A DNA stretch of 64,000 bases from Nitrospirota bacterium (GTDB taxonomy: Bacteria > Nitrospirota > Thermodesulfovibrionia > Thermodesulfovibrionales > Dissulfurispiraceae): assembly GCA_040754455.1 (NCBI GenBank), contig JBFMCP010000005.1, forward strand, positions 47,926 to 111,925, given 5' to 3'. Made by a program: the position numbers and the translations under genes. Numbering within the stretch: position 1 is the stretch's first letter; every line of letters starts with the position of its first letter. The notes under the pieces are model-generated. The model saw only the letters and a program-made list of their open reading frames with translations. It had not been told where the DNA came from and made no database searches. This document shows, one piece after another, positions 20,542 through 30,306 of the stretch.

Positions 20542-21343
20542 ACAGTTGTATCCTTTCTATATCCTCAATCTTTTTCTGCAGGAACCGCTCGCCGACGGCA
20601 ATGAATTTTTCAGGAGTGTCGGTGACAAAAAACTTTTTACGTTCCGGCTGTCCATTCCCGCTCATCAGGCCCATCTCCGCGAGCATCTGCTGCACCACCA
20701 GGGCCGTCTCGACCGCCGAATCGATAAGACTGACATCGCCCATCGCCTCCTGAATGACGCCCTTCAGGAGCGGATAGTGGGTACAGCCGAGGACAAGGGT
20801 ATCAACGCCCTTCTCTCTCATATCCTTTAAATACCGCTCCACCACCATTTGTGCGATGGCCCCCTCTGTCCACCCCTCCTCGACCAGCGGTACGAGGAGG
20901 GGACAGGCCAGACCGAACACTTCGATGGCAGGGTCCAGCGCCTTGATCGCTTTAACATAAGCGCTGCTCCTGATGGTCGTCTCTGTCCCGATGATTCCTA
21001 TCTTCCCGCTCTTTGTTGCCCGTACCGCAGCGCGTGCACCGGGCTCGATAACGCCGACAACCGGGATCGCTACCCGCTCCCGTATCTTCACAAGGCTGAT
21101 GGCAGAGACCGTGTTACAGGCCACCACCAGAAACTTTATATGCTGCTTCAGCAGAAACTCTGTACATTCAAAGGAATAGCGCGTCACTGTTTCGGGCGAC
21201 CGTATGCCGTAGGGGACTCTCGCCGTATCACCGAGGTAAAAAATGCTTTCGCCCGGCAATATCCTGGTCACCTCCTTGAGAACGGTCAGTCCTCCGATTC
21301 CTGAATCAAAAATACCTATAGGGTTTCCGTTGTTATTGTTCAT
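20540..21343 (-). CDS. murI: Glutamate racemase
   Basis: FDSGIGGLTV, ACNT, LGCTHY. Confidence 0.97.
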   Translation of the reverse strand: MNNNNGNPIGIFDSGIGGLTVLKEVTRILPGESIFYLGDTARVPYGIRSPETVTRYSFECTEFLLKQHIKFLVVACNTVSAISLVKIRERVAIPVVGVIEPGARAAVRATKSGKIGIIGTETTIRSSAYVKAIKALDPAIEVFGLACPLLVPLVEEGWTEGAIAQMVVERYLKDMREKGVDTLVLGCTHYPLLKGVIQEAMGDVSLIDSAVETALVVQQMLAEMGLMSGNGQPERKKFFVTDTPEKFIAVGERFLQKKIEDIERIQL

Positions 21344-21370
21344 TAACCTTGTGCAAGGATGCGCGCGCTG

Positions 21371-21967
21371 TCAGTTCAGCTGAACGGTATCGACTGTCGA
21401 GGGCTGATGCTCTTCCTTGATGACGTCGCGGAGCGGATAGAGCAGGGTAAAGTGCCCGCCCAGACTCTCCACTTCTTTCCCCTCTATGAGCACTTTAACA
21501 TCCTCTACGCCGACGATATTCGTCATTACCGTTTCGTAAAGAGAGCTGAGGAGTGCGTACTCCTGTCGTACATCGCCTGAAAAGCCTTTCCTGAATTCAT
21601 CCGACAGGTCTATATAAAGGATATTCCTTTTGTCCCTGTAAACGCCGAGCAGTTTTGTGTCTTTGATATCCTGCTCCAGTCCCTTCAAGTACTCAATTAT
21701 AACATGCTCGGTCATTTTCACCAGCACCGGACTGTTGGGAACCTTTCGCTCCACCCCTCCCTCCGAGGGATAGAATATCTTCACCGCTACCGTATCCTCG
21801 CTGTTACCGAACATTTCGGGGTTCTTCGGCAGTTCTCCCTTCAGCTCGATCAGCGGCTGCATGAGAGGATCGTCCTGAAAGAGATACACACGTGTCGCCC
21901 ACCAGCCGGCTGCTCCGGCGAGGATGAGAACGGCAATCGCTATCGCTATGGACTTCTTTTCGATCAT
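21371..21967 (-). CDS. GerMN-domain membrane-anchored protein
   Basis: N-terminal TM; LYIDLS..F, VKVLIEG..ESLGGH..L..PL pattern. Confidence 0.8.
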   Translation of the reverse strand: MIEKKSIAIAIAVLILAGAAGWWATRVYLFQDDPLMQPLIELKGELPKNPEMFGNSEDTVAVKIFYPSEGGVERKVPNSPVLVKMTEHVIIEYLKGLEQDIKDTKLLGVYRDKRNILYIDLSDEFRKGFSGDVRQEYALLSSLYETVMTNIVGVEDVKVLIEGKEVESLGGHFTLLYPLRDVIKEEHQPSTVDTVQLN

Positions 21968-21976
21968 TCGGCGGGC

Positions 21977-23176
21977 CTACATTTTATAATCAGATTCGCC
22001 TGCAGAAGATGCTATCCCCCTCAGCAGCGCCTGTATCAATCTTTCTTTGTTCTTTCCTTCATAGCTGAACTTTTCAGGGCTCGGCAGCTCTATCAGAAGG
22101 GCAGGGCCCCCGATCTGGGTAAGAACGCGTATCGGCAGCCTTTCGTACCGCGCTTCTGTCTTGAATTCATTTCTCACCTGGCGGGCAATAGCACTGGCAA
22201 ACACAGCGTTCATGTCCTTTGCTTCTGTTCCCGCTCCCTCATTCGGAGCACTCGCAGCGGGACGCACCGCCTTTTTCGTAGCACTGTAAATGATAAAGGC
22301 ATTTTGAGAAGAGAGATGGAAGCTCAGAAAAATATCGGGTGACTTCTGGTTGGCAATCCTGGCCCTCTCCTTTAATGACAGGGCCTGGTCGGCCTTCCTG
22401 GTAAGGAATACCCTCTTCCCTTTTTTGCTCAATACGGTCGCCACATCTTTGGCAAAAGAGAGAGCGATATCCTTTTCCGTCACCTTGCCGTATTGTATTC
22501 CGGTGTCAGAGCCACCGTGACCGGCATCGAGCACAAAGGATGAAAAAGGGATATCAACCGGCTCGGGTGGAGGCTGGACCGCACCACTCTCCTTTGAGGA
22601 GGAGTGCTCTTGGGGCGGCGCGCTCCCCTGCTGTTCCTTGGCAGGGGGGGCAGAAACAGCAATAAGAGAGGCATCGATGACAAGCCGTGGGGGTGCCGTG
22701 AGCTTTGAAACATTGATGTCATCAAGATTATTGACGGTAATCAGGCATTTGCTTTCGTTTACCGCAATGGTCACGCCCTTCTCGACCTCATAAGACTTTC
22801 CTTTCCCCGCGGCCTTTTCAAACGTGAGAGCACCCTTCGAGGGACCCTTGAGCGCAACCTTGAAGATGAGCGGCGACGGGAAATCGACTTTTATCGTAGC
22901 GCCCCCGACGATCATTACTGAGGCCTTTTGCACAAGACTCTCCGGTGCTTCGAGAACAATCCTCACAAAAGCCGGATGTTTACCGACCCGAATCGTGGCG
23001 GCAGGTACCTGTCCGTTTTTTGCAGGTCTCTTCAGATCGACTGCAGAAGACTGAGGCACGATCGTGAGCAGGGTGAGAATAAGGCCGCTGAGCAGCAGGA
23101 GCGAGGCCGACCGTCTGCTCTTTCTTATGAAAGCAGTGTCACTAGTAATCACAATAAAAAAGAATACTCGATACAA
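21977..23176 (-). CDS. N-acetylmuramoyl-L-alanine amidase (Amidase_3, AMIN-like N-terminus); start uncertain
   Basis: LDAGHGG, EKDIAL, LTR, FLSFH, LLIE. Confidence 0.85.
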   Translation of the reverse strand: MYRVFFFIVITSDTAFIRKSRRSASLLLLSGLILTLLTIVPQSSAVDLKRPAKNGQVPAATIRVGKHPAFVRIVLEAPESLVQKASVMIVGGATIKVDFPSPLIFKVALKGPSKGALTFEKAAGKGKSYEVEKGVTIAVNESKCLITVNNLDDINVSKLTAPPRLVIDASLIAVSAPPAKEQQGSAPPQEHSSSKESGAVQPPPEPVDIPFSSFVLDAGHGGSDTGIQYGKVTEKDIALSFAKDVATVLSKKGKRVFLTRKADQALSLKERARIANQKSPDIFLSFHLSSQNAFIIYSATKKAVRPAASAPNEGAGTEAKDMNAVFASAIARQVRNEFKTEARYERLPIRVLTQIGGPALLIELPSPEKFSYEGKNKERLIQALLRGIASSAGESDYKM

Positions 23177-23235
23177 TAAGGAAGATTCAAGTCATGCATC
23201 CCGGACACTAATTCCCGGCTACTCCACATTTCATT

Positions 23236-23300
23236 GAGATTGCCACGCTTCGCTTCTTAATGAGCGAGACAGTCTGTCATTGCAAACGGAGTGAAGAAAC
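23236..23300. repeat. Degenerate REP-like palindromic element
   Basis: GAGATTGCCACGCTTCGCT...GTCATTGC resembles GTCATTGCGAG..GCAATCTC palindromic repeats (from recall). Confidence 0.35.
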
Positions 23301-23355
23301 CCGACTTTTTCCATCGGGAGTTGCTGCCCCATCCGGACCGTGCTTTTGTTGCTGC

Positions 23356-23410
23356 TTGAAAAACCTGCCGTGCGTACCGTACAATTTATTGTTATTGAGA
23401 TCAAATTGCA
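23356..23410 (+). promoter_or_regulatory. feoB-fur promoter with Fur-type 15-bp box
   Basis: TTGAAA-18-TACAAT, then TGAGATCAAATTGCA (23396-23410). Confidence 0.55.
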
Positions 23411-23433
23411 GTTAAAATAAAAAGGAGCATCCT

Positions 23434-25407
23434 GTGAGTGCAGCAACAGCAGCAAAAAAACAGTCCACCCTTCTCGAAAAAATTGCTCTCCTCGGCAATC
23501 CGAATGTAGGGAAGAGTGTGATATTCGGTTTACTTACTGGCAAATACGTCACCGTCTCCAACTACCCCGGCACCACGGTGGAAATAACCCAGGGGAACAT
23601 CTCGCTCAACGGCAAACGGCTGGTGCTCATAGACACGCCCGGCGTAAACAGCCTCATCCCCATGAGCGAGGATGAAAAAGTGACCCGGGACATCCTTCTG
23701 CACCAGTCGCCCTCTGCCGTCGTGCAGGTCGGTGATGCAAAAAACCTGAAAAGAACCCTGCTCATCACGCTCCAGCTTGCCGAAATGGACATCCCCGTGC
23801 TCCTCGATCTGAATATGATTGATGAGGCCATGGACAGGGGAATCACGATCGACACCGAAAAACTCAAGCACCTCCTCGGCATCGATGTCGTCACGACCAT
23901 AGCTCCCCAGCGGAAAGGAATAAAGGAGCTCAAGGAGGCCATGCTCTCTCCCAAACGACCTTCGATCCGGATACGCTATGCCCCGATTGTCGAGGAGTAC
24001 ATCGAAAAAATTGCCGCCCTCCTCCCTGTAGTCCCTATTTCAAAGCGCTCTCTCGCGCTCATGATCCTCGCGGAAGATGAGAGCCTCAGAGATTGGCTCA
24101 AGGCGAATCTCAAGGAAAATGTCCTCCTCGAGATCGAACAGCTGCGTGATGAATGCAAACTGCACATGAGGGAGTCGATCGGCTATCTCATCAATAAAAC
24201 ACGTTTCGAGGCAGCTGAAGAAATCGCCGCTGCCTGTATGATGAAAGCAGGCGCACAGGGAGGAAAACTCCTCAACGTCATCGGCAAATACAGCATGCAT
24301 CCTGTCTATGGCATCCCGATCCTGCTTGCAGTGCTCTATGCGATCTATCAGTTCGTCGGCGTCTTCGGTGCGGGGACTTTGGTCGATTTCGTTGAAGAGA
24401 CTATTTTCAACGGCTATATCAATCCCATGCTCACCAAGGTTGTCCATCTCCTTATCCCTGTTCCGATTATACAGGAGCTGCTCGTCGGCGAATACGGTCT
24501 CATCACGGTGGCGCTCACCTATGCTATTGCGATCATTCTTCCTATTACGGCAACGTTCTTCATCGCTTTTTCGATTCTTGAGGACAGCGGCTATCTCCCG
24601 CGGCTGGCGATCATGAGCAACAGGGTATTCAATATCATGGGACTGAACGGCAAGGCCGTCCTGCCGATGATTTTGGGACTCGGCTGCGGCACCATGGCGG
24701 TGATGACCTCGCGAATACTCGAAACCACGAGAGACAGAGTCATTACTACATTCCTCCTTGCCCTCGCCATTCCCTGCTCTGCACAACTGGGAGTGATCCT
24801 CGGCATACTCGGCGCACTGTCGCTCAAGGCCGCTGTCATATGGACTGCGAGCATCATTATCATTCTTCTGATCTCCGGATTCCTCGCTTCAAAAATCGTG
24901 AAGGGGGAGAGGACGGAGTTTTTTCTCGAGATACCCCCTATCAGAATGCCTAACGTAACCAATATCCTGGTCAAGACCGTCGGAAGAATCGAATGGTATC
25001 TGAAAGAGGCGGTCCCCCTCTTTATTTTGGGGACGCTCATCCTCTTTTTGCTGCATAAGTTGAATCTCCTCGCTGTTCTCGAGAGGATCACCTCGCCGGC
25101 CGTCGTCGGTCTCCTCGATCTGCCTCCAAAAACTGCCGAATCTTTCATCCTCGGATTTCTCCGGAGGGACTACGGTGCAGCTGGCCTCTTCAAGATGGCG
25201 CAGGAAGGAGAACTGACTGCAGTACAGTCGATCGTGAGTCTCGTAACGATAACGCTCTTTATTCCCTGCCTCGCCAACTTCTTCATGATCATCAAAGAGC
25301 GTGGGCTGAAGACAACGCTCTGGGTTGTAGGAATCGTCTTTCCCACGGCGTTTCTGTTCGGCGGACTGCTGAACTGGGCGCTCCGGTACTTTAATGTTGC
25401 GCTTTAA
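23434..25407 (+). CDS. feoB: Ferrous iron transporter B (copy 1)
   Basis: GNPNVGKS, NYPGTT, DTPG, NMID, EDSGY, GLGC. Confidence 0.95.
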   Translation: MSAATAAKKQSTLLEKIALLGNPNVGKSVIFGLLTGKYVTVSNYPGTTVEITQGNISLNGKRLVLIDTPGVNSLIPMSEDEKVTRDILLHQSPSAVVQVGDAKNLKRTLLITLQLAEMDIPVLLDLNMIDEAMDRGITIDTEKLKHLLGIDVVTTIAPQRKGIKELKEAMLSPKRPSIRIRYAPIVEEYIEKIAALLPVVPISKRSLALMILAEDESLRDWLKANLKENVLLEIEQLRDECKLHMRESIGYLINKTRFEAAEEIAAACMMKAGAQGGKLLNVIGKYSMHPVYGIPILLAVLYAIYQFVGVFGAGTLVDFVEETIFNGYINPMLTKVVHLLIPVPIIQELLVGEYGLITVALTYAIAIILPITATFFIAFSILEDSGYLPRLAIMSNRVFNIMGLNGKAVLPMILGLGCGTMAVMTSRILETTRDRVITTFLLALAIPCSAQLGVILGILGALSLKAAVIWTASIIIILLISGFLASKIVKGERTEFFLEIPPIRMPNVTNILVKTVGRIEWYLKEAVPLFILGTLILFLLHKLNLLAVLERITSPAVVGLLDLPPKTAESFILGFLRRDYGAAGLFKMAQEGELTAVQSIVSLVTITLFIPCLANFFMIIKERGLKTTLWVVGIVFPTAFLFGGLLNWALRYFNVAL

Positions 25408-25426
25408 CGCGATGAGGTGATCCACC

Positions 25427-25849
25427 ATGGCAAAAGAAAAGTTCAAAGAGTTCCTCTGCACAAAAGGGCTCAAATCAACGAAAGAGCGTGATGAAATCAT
25501 CAATGAAATAATGGGCATGAAAGGGCATTTTGATCCCGATGAACTCTTCACCAAATTGAAGACAAAGGGATCAAAAGTCTCCCGGGCTTCCGTATATCGG
25601 ACCATCCCACTGCTCGTCGAATGCGGGCTTATAGAACAAGTGGAAAGAACCGATAAGCACGCCCATTATGAAATCGTCTCGGGCAAATCGCATCACGACC
25701 ATATGATCTGCCTCAAATGCGGTAAAGTCATAGAATTCTATTCCCCTACTCTCGAGATGCTGCAGGACGAGCTGTGTCACAAGGAGAAATTCAAAAAGGT
25801 GCGGCATAACCTCGAGATCTTTGGCTACTGCAGCAAGTGCGGCGGGTAA
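25427..25849 (+). CDS. fur: Ferric uptake regulator family protein
   Basis: SRASVYR, HHDHMICLKCG, CSKC. Confidence 0.92.
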   Translation: MAKEKFKEFLCTKGLKSTKERDEIINEIMGMKGHFDPDELFTKLKTKGSKVSRASVYRTIPLLVECGLIEQVERTDKHAHYEIVSGKSHHDHMICLKCGKVIEFYSPTLEMLQDELCHKEKFKKVRHNLEIFGYCSKCGG

Positions 25850-25896
25850 TCATAACTCGCGATGAAAGGCCTCACAAATCATAACATCTGTCATCC

Positions 25897-26028
25897 TCAA
25901 TCCTTTTTGTGGCACATCCCAGAATCACATCCCTGACAATACCCTTTTTTCTTCCATACCGCGCGGTAGAGGAGATACACCGCGCCGCTCAAAATCACTA
26001 CCATCCATATGATATCCGCAAAACTCAT
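25897..26028 (-). CDS. FeoB-associated Cys-rich membrane protein, 43 aa
   Basis: MSFADIIWMVV..KKKGYCQGCDSGMC; SD AAGGAGG; after feoB. Confidence 0.8.
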   Translation of the reverse strand: MSFADIIWMVVILSGAVYLLYRAVWKKKGYCQGCDSGMCHKKD

Positions 26029-26136
26029 GATGACCTCCTTTAGACTTAAATTGTGAAGCGCCAGAGCAAGGCATTTTGGGGGAAGGTAGCCTTTACCCCG
26101 GATCTTCACACTCGATAACGCACTTGGCTTGTAACG

Positions 26137-28395
26137 CTATCCGAGTCCTATAAACTTTCCGCCTTGATAAATTGCAAACGCCACCACCCATGCAAGCACC
26201 ATCTGGTAGGCAAAGGCGATGCCGAACCACTTCCAGGTGCCGAATTCATGCCGCATGGCGACGGCCACCACAACGCACGGCATGTAGAGGAGGACGTAAA
26301 CAATAAACGCGTATGCCGAGAGAGGGGTAAACTGATTCTTGATAGCGTTCCTCAGCGATGCACGCTCCTCTGTTTCCTCCGTTGATTCCTCGGCAGACAT
26401 GCTCGAAACGCCGAACGCCGAAAAGACATTATTGAACGAGTCCGTTACCGCGCTGCCAAAGGAAGTCCCGATCTCTTTCAGGTCTTCCGTGAGTGTGGGA
26501 GCCGGTCCCTTCTCTTCCTCTGCACCCTTGGGAGCATATATCTCGCCCATAGTTCCCACGACAATCTCTTTCGCGATCAGGCCCGAAATCAGTGATGATG
26601 ACGCTTCCCAGTTTCCGAAGCCGAGCGGCTCAAAGATCGGAGCGATCACCTGGCCTGCCTTGCCGAGGTAGGAGTCCTTCTTATGCTCAACGCCCCAGGG
26701 CAGATTGAGGAGGAACCATACCATGATGGAGACTGCAAGGATATACGTTCCGGCCTTGATGAGAAAGTGCTTTCCCTTCTCCCATGTGTGTATCATGAGA
26801 CTCTTGAAAGATGGCATCCGGTACGGCGGAAGCTCCATAATAAACATCGGCGATTCGCCCTTAAAAAGAGTTCTCTTGAAGGCAATGCCCATTACTACTG
26901 CCAGCACGATACCCATCACATACAACGACCAGAGGACCGTTCCCGCATTCGAGGTAAAAAATGCTCCGATGAAGACGACGTATACCGGCAGACGCGCACC
27001 GCAGGACATCAGGGGTATCAATAATGCGGTGAGCGCCTTATCCCTGGGGTTTTCGAGTGTTCTCGTTGCGTAGATAGCAGGCACATTGCAGCCGAAGCCG
27101 AGCAGCATCGGGATGAATGATTTGCCGTGGAGCCCTATGGTGTGCATTGCCCTATCCATCACGAAAGCGGCTCGTGCCATATACCCGCTTCCCTCGAGAA
27201 AGGTAATAAAAAACATCATGGCGAAAATCACCGGGACAAAAACGAGCACCGAGCCGACACCGGCAATAATTCCCTCGGTCACGAGTGAGGCCACCCATGC
27301 AGGCGCATTGATAAATCCGATGGCTGCTGCTATCCACCGTTTGAAAGGCCCCGATGTCATACTATCGAGCCAGTCGGCAAAGGGTGATGACATATCAAAG
27401 GTAAGCTTGAACACCAGCCACATTGCGACGAGAAAAATGGGAATGCCCAGAAACCGGTTGAGCACTATTTTATCGATCTGCTCGGTGAGCTCCATTTTTC
27501 TGATATCAGGCTTTTTCATGACCTCATGGGTCAGGCCCGATGCTCTCGCATAACGCTCATCGGCCATCAGGGATTCGATATCTTCTCCATGCGCCTCTTT
27601 CAAATGCGCCAATGCTTCAGCAAGGAAACCGTTGCTCAGGACTCCGGTCTCCTGCAGTACATGGCTGTCCCCCTCCATAAACTTGAAGGCAAGCCATCTG
27701 TTCGGATACTTTGTTGTAAGATGAGGATACATCTGCTGCAATATATCCTCCACGCGCTCTGCAGCGGATTCGATGTCGCTGCCGTAGCTGAGCTGTTTCG
27801 GCTGGTGAGAGGATGGTCGTTCGGCACAGGCAATTGCTGCCGTTATCAGCTCTTTCAAGCCGACCTTTCTCGTCGCGACCGTCGGAATGATCGTGGCACC
27901 GAGCATCTGCTCCATAGCATTCACATCGATCTTGTACCCCTTTTTTTCGGCCTCGTCATAGATATTCAATGCCAAAACAATCGGTATGCCGAGCTCCATG
28001 AGTTGCACCGTGAGGTAGAGATTTCTCTCGAGGTTGGTGGCATCGACCACATTGATAATGACATCAGGCCTCTCACGGACGAGATAATCTCTTGCAACAA
28101 CCTCTTCTTGGGTATACGGGCTTAGGCTGTAGGTGCCGGGCAAGTCGACCAGTTTGATCTTTGTGCCCTCGTGGTCGAAAAGCGCCTTTTTCTTTTCTAC
28201 AGTAACGCCCGGCCAGTTGCCCACCTGAAGGCGCGTGCCAGCGATGGCATTGATAAGCGTAGATTTGCCGGAATTGGGATTACCCGCGACAGCAATGGTA
28301 ATAAATCCGCGCCGGGTGTCGCGCGTCGTGTGCCCGGCGATTGACGCCCGACGCTCAGCGGATCCAAAATCCTGGCTCCTGACTCCTGTGCTCAT
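26137..28395 (-). CDS. feoB: Ferrous iron transporter B (copy 2) with repeat-derived N-terminal extension
   Basis: GNPNSGKS, NWPGVT, DLPG, GFGCNVP, MSCGAR. Confidence 0.95.
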   Translation of the reverse strand: MSTGVRSQDFGSAERRASIAGHTTRDTRRGFITIAVAGNPNSGKSTLINAIAGTRLQVGNWPGVTVEKKKALFDHEGTKIKLVDLPGTYSLSPYTQEEVVARDYLVRERPDVIINVVDATNLERNLYLTVQLMELGIPIVLALNIYDEAEKKGYKIDVNAMEQMLGATIIPTVATRKVGLKELITAAIACAERPSSHQPKQLSYGSDIESAAERVEDILQQMYPHLTTKYPNRWLAFKFMEGDSHVLQETGVLSNGFLAEALAHLKEAHGEDIESLMADERYARASGLTHEVMKKPDIRKMELTEQIDKIVLNRFLGIPIFLVAMWLVFKLTFDMSSPFADWLDSMTSGPFKRWIAAAIGFINAPAWVASLVTEGIIAGVGSVLVFVPVIFAMMFFITFLEGSGYMARAAFVMDRAMHTIGLHGKSFIPMLLGFGCNVPAIYATRTLENPRDKALTALLIPLMSCGARLPVYVVFIGAFFTSNAGTVLWSLYVMGIVLAVVMGIAFKRTLFKGESPMFIMELPPYRMPSFKSLMIHTWEKGKHFLIKAGTYILAVSIMVWFLLNLPWGVEHKKDSYLGKAGQVIAPIFEPLGFGNWEASSSLISGLIAKEIVVGTMGEIYAPKGAEEEKGPAPTLTEDLKEIGTSFGSAVTDSFNNVFSAFGVSSMSAEESTEETEERASLRNAIKNQFTPLSAYAFIVYVLLYMPCVVVAVAMRHEFGTWKWFGIAFAYQMVLAWVVAFAIYQGGKFIGLG

Positions 28396-28619
28396 CCCGT
28401 CACCTCCACCGCTATTCCTTCCGCCTCTTTTTTCCTGAGAGAGAGCTTATAGTTTTTGATAGTCACTTCGATGGGGTCGCCGAGCGGCGCCACTTTTTCC
28501 ACCTTTACAGCCTCGCCGACCAGCACCCCCATGTCCATCAGCCGCCTCTTTAATGGACCGGTTACTCCTATATTGGTGATTTTCCCGCTCTCTCCTGGTT
28601 TCAGTTTTGCGAGGTTCAT
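28392..28619 (-). CDS. feoA: FeoA
   Basis: RRLMDMG, APLGDPI, LSLRK. Confidence 0.95.
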   Translation of the reverse strand: MNLAKLKPGESGKITNIGVTGPLKRRLMDMGVLVGEAVKVEKVAPLGDPIEVTIKNYKLSLRKKEAEGIAVEVTG

Positions 28620-28891
28620 TATTGTTGTCTCCTTACCATGACCTTCATCGCCATTCCTCGGCCTATCGCGATTCTTGTCTCATCGATTTTTACCAACAGC
28701 GCGCCTCTGCCTTCGTTGCTCAGCATTTCGACAATTTTGCCGGCGCGCAGCCCCATATCCTCTACCCTGCAGGTCGAGCCGCATGCCCCTGTTGCGCCTT
28801 TCGTAGCGCAGCATTGATGAATCTGGGTTGCTCCGCGGATTTCCATCACCTCAGCCATTTCACCTGTACTTAAAAGTCCCAACGGCATCAT
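28619..28891 (-). CDS. feoA: FeoA family protein with a Cys-rich loop
   Basis: RVEDMGLRAG, RIAIGRGMA; HQCC..CGSTC insert; start at 28891 after SD AGGAGG. Confidence 0.85.
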   Translation of the reverse strand: MMPLGLLSTGEMAEVMEIRGATQIHQCCATKGATGACGSTCRVEDMGLRAGKIVEMLSNEGRGALLVKIDETRIAIGRGMAMKVMVRRQQ

Positions 28892-28905
28892 AGTGTCTCC
28901 TCCTT

Positions 28906-29676
28906 TTAGAACCGCCATGCCATGCCTGCAAGAAACGTGTAGTCGGTTTCGGGCTTGTTAAGAGCTCCCTTAATGCCAACATCGATGTCAAGGTTTTCAT
29001 TTATCGAATAAATAACGCCACCCAGAACAAAGGCGGGATGATCATTCGATGCTTTGTCTCCGTTCCGCTCGATCCCGATATTGGCAACGGCCCTGAGATT
29101 CTTAATGACCTCGACCTCCGATGCAATGGATGCGTGCCATAAATCCTTCCGCTCATCGGCCTTATTTTCATTTCGAATATAGCCCAGATTGAGATGGAAT
29201 GCCCAGGGCTCAAGCTCTTTTGTAGAAATAAAGAACAGGCTGGAGGTAGCTCTTCCCGTTCCCAACCCATCTTCATCATCTCCTGTCGGCAGGGTAGTGC
29301 CGGGCTTCAGCGCAAAGCCTAATCCGTCTTTTTCGTAAAATCTCCACTTTACTTCGAGGGATATATCCGAAATACCGTCAACCGATGTCGTCACACCGTC
29401 CTCTTTCGTCCGTATCCACTGATAAGGAACTACGAGCACGACATCAACATTGTCCACAATGCCGTAAGAAAGTATGGTCGACAGTTCGCTCATTCTCTCT
29501 TTTGTTGTGATACCGTCTTCTTTTTCTTTGTCGTAGCTGAACTCACTGTTCACCTCAACCTGGAATTTCCCTTTGCCCATTGTGCCCGTGTCATCGGTGA
29601 TCAGCGGGTGTGCGGCATAGGTCAGCGTTGTTGTTGAAAACACCATTGCCAAAGCCACTACCATCTTTTTAAGCAC
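28906..29676 (-). CDS. Predicted outer-membrane beta-barrel ('transporter', MetA-pathway-like family)
   Basis: Signal peptide, AHPLITDDTGT, amphipathic beta strands, C-terminal WRF. Confidence 0.7.
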   Translation of the reverse strand: MLKKMVVALAMVFSTTTLTYAAHPLITDDTGTMGKGKFQVEVNSEFSYDKEKEDGITTKERMSELSTILSYGIVDNVDVVLVVPYQWIRTKEDGVTTSVDGISDISLEVKWRFYEKDGLGFALKPGTTLPTGDDEDGLGTGRATSSLFFISTKELEPWAFHLNLGYIRNENKADERKDLWHASIASEVEVIKNLRAVANIGIERNGDKASNDHPAFVLGGVIYSINENLDIDVGIKGALNKPETDYTFLAGMAWRF

Positions 29677-29974
29677 CTCTTACTCCTCCTTTTTGTTTTT
29701 CAATACAACTTAAGCAAGCCCTCAGCGTGCATACGCCGCAGGAGTGGTACATTAAGACAGGAATATTTCGAGCGTTCGCAACATCCATTGCTTCTTTTTT
29801 AATCTGGTGGGATGTTTTATTGGTAAAAATTACTACGGCATCGACATTCCTGATCCTCGAAGCCATATCAGCAGCCGACTTTGTGAAGACCCTGAGATCG
29901 ATACCTCTTTTTTCCGCCTCTTCTTTATAGTGCCGTTCAAGCCTGTCCATCCCGCCGATAACCGCTACACACAT
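29669..29974 (-). CDS. DUF2325-like protein
   Basis: VIGGMDRL..DAVVIFTNKTSH..HSCG; start 29974 after SD GAGGAGG. Confidence 0.75.
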   Translation of the reverse strand: MCVAVIGGMDRLERHYKEEAEKRGIDLRVFTKSAADMASRIRNVDAVVIFTNKTSHQIKKEAMDVANARNIPVLMYHSCGVCTLRACLSCIEKQKGGVRGA

Positions 29975-29994
29975 GGCAACCTCCTCACGTTTCT

Positions 29995-30009
29995 TGCGAC
30001 ACTGTCTCA
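29995..30009. promoter_or_regulatory. Second palindromic operator of the feo-2 operon
   Basis: TGCGACACTGTCTCA, ~10 nt upstream of the SD. Confidence 0.55.
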
Positions 30010-30153
30010 TTATCGCGTTTTAAAAAAGCTGAACTTGCATTCAGCATGATGTCCTCGTTTAGCCTCAGCCTCTTGCCCTACGCATTGGTGAGAAACATCG
30101 TTCCATCCGGTTCACCTTTGTCAATTTCCTTTTACTGCCGTTGCAAGAGCCTT

Positions 30154-30199
30154 ACTGAGACAGCGTCTCAGTTTAAACGAACATGCCTTTTCTTGTCAA
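30154..30199 (-). promoter_or_regulatory. feo-2 promoter overlapped by a perfect 8-3-8 palindrome
   Basis: TTGACA-18-TAAACT; ACTGAGAC-AGC-GTCTCAGT at 30154-30172. Confidence 0.75.
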
Positions 30200-30306
30200 G
30201 GGATTTTTTCAATGTAATAAGTGCCTGTTTTATTTTAGTTATCGAGGAAGCTATTAAGTCCGACACATTGAACTAATCAGAAGGATTCAACTATAATTCA
30301 ACTATT

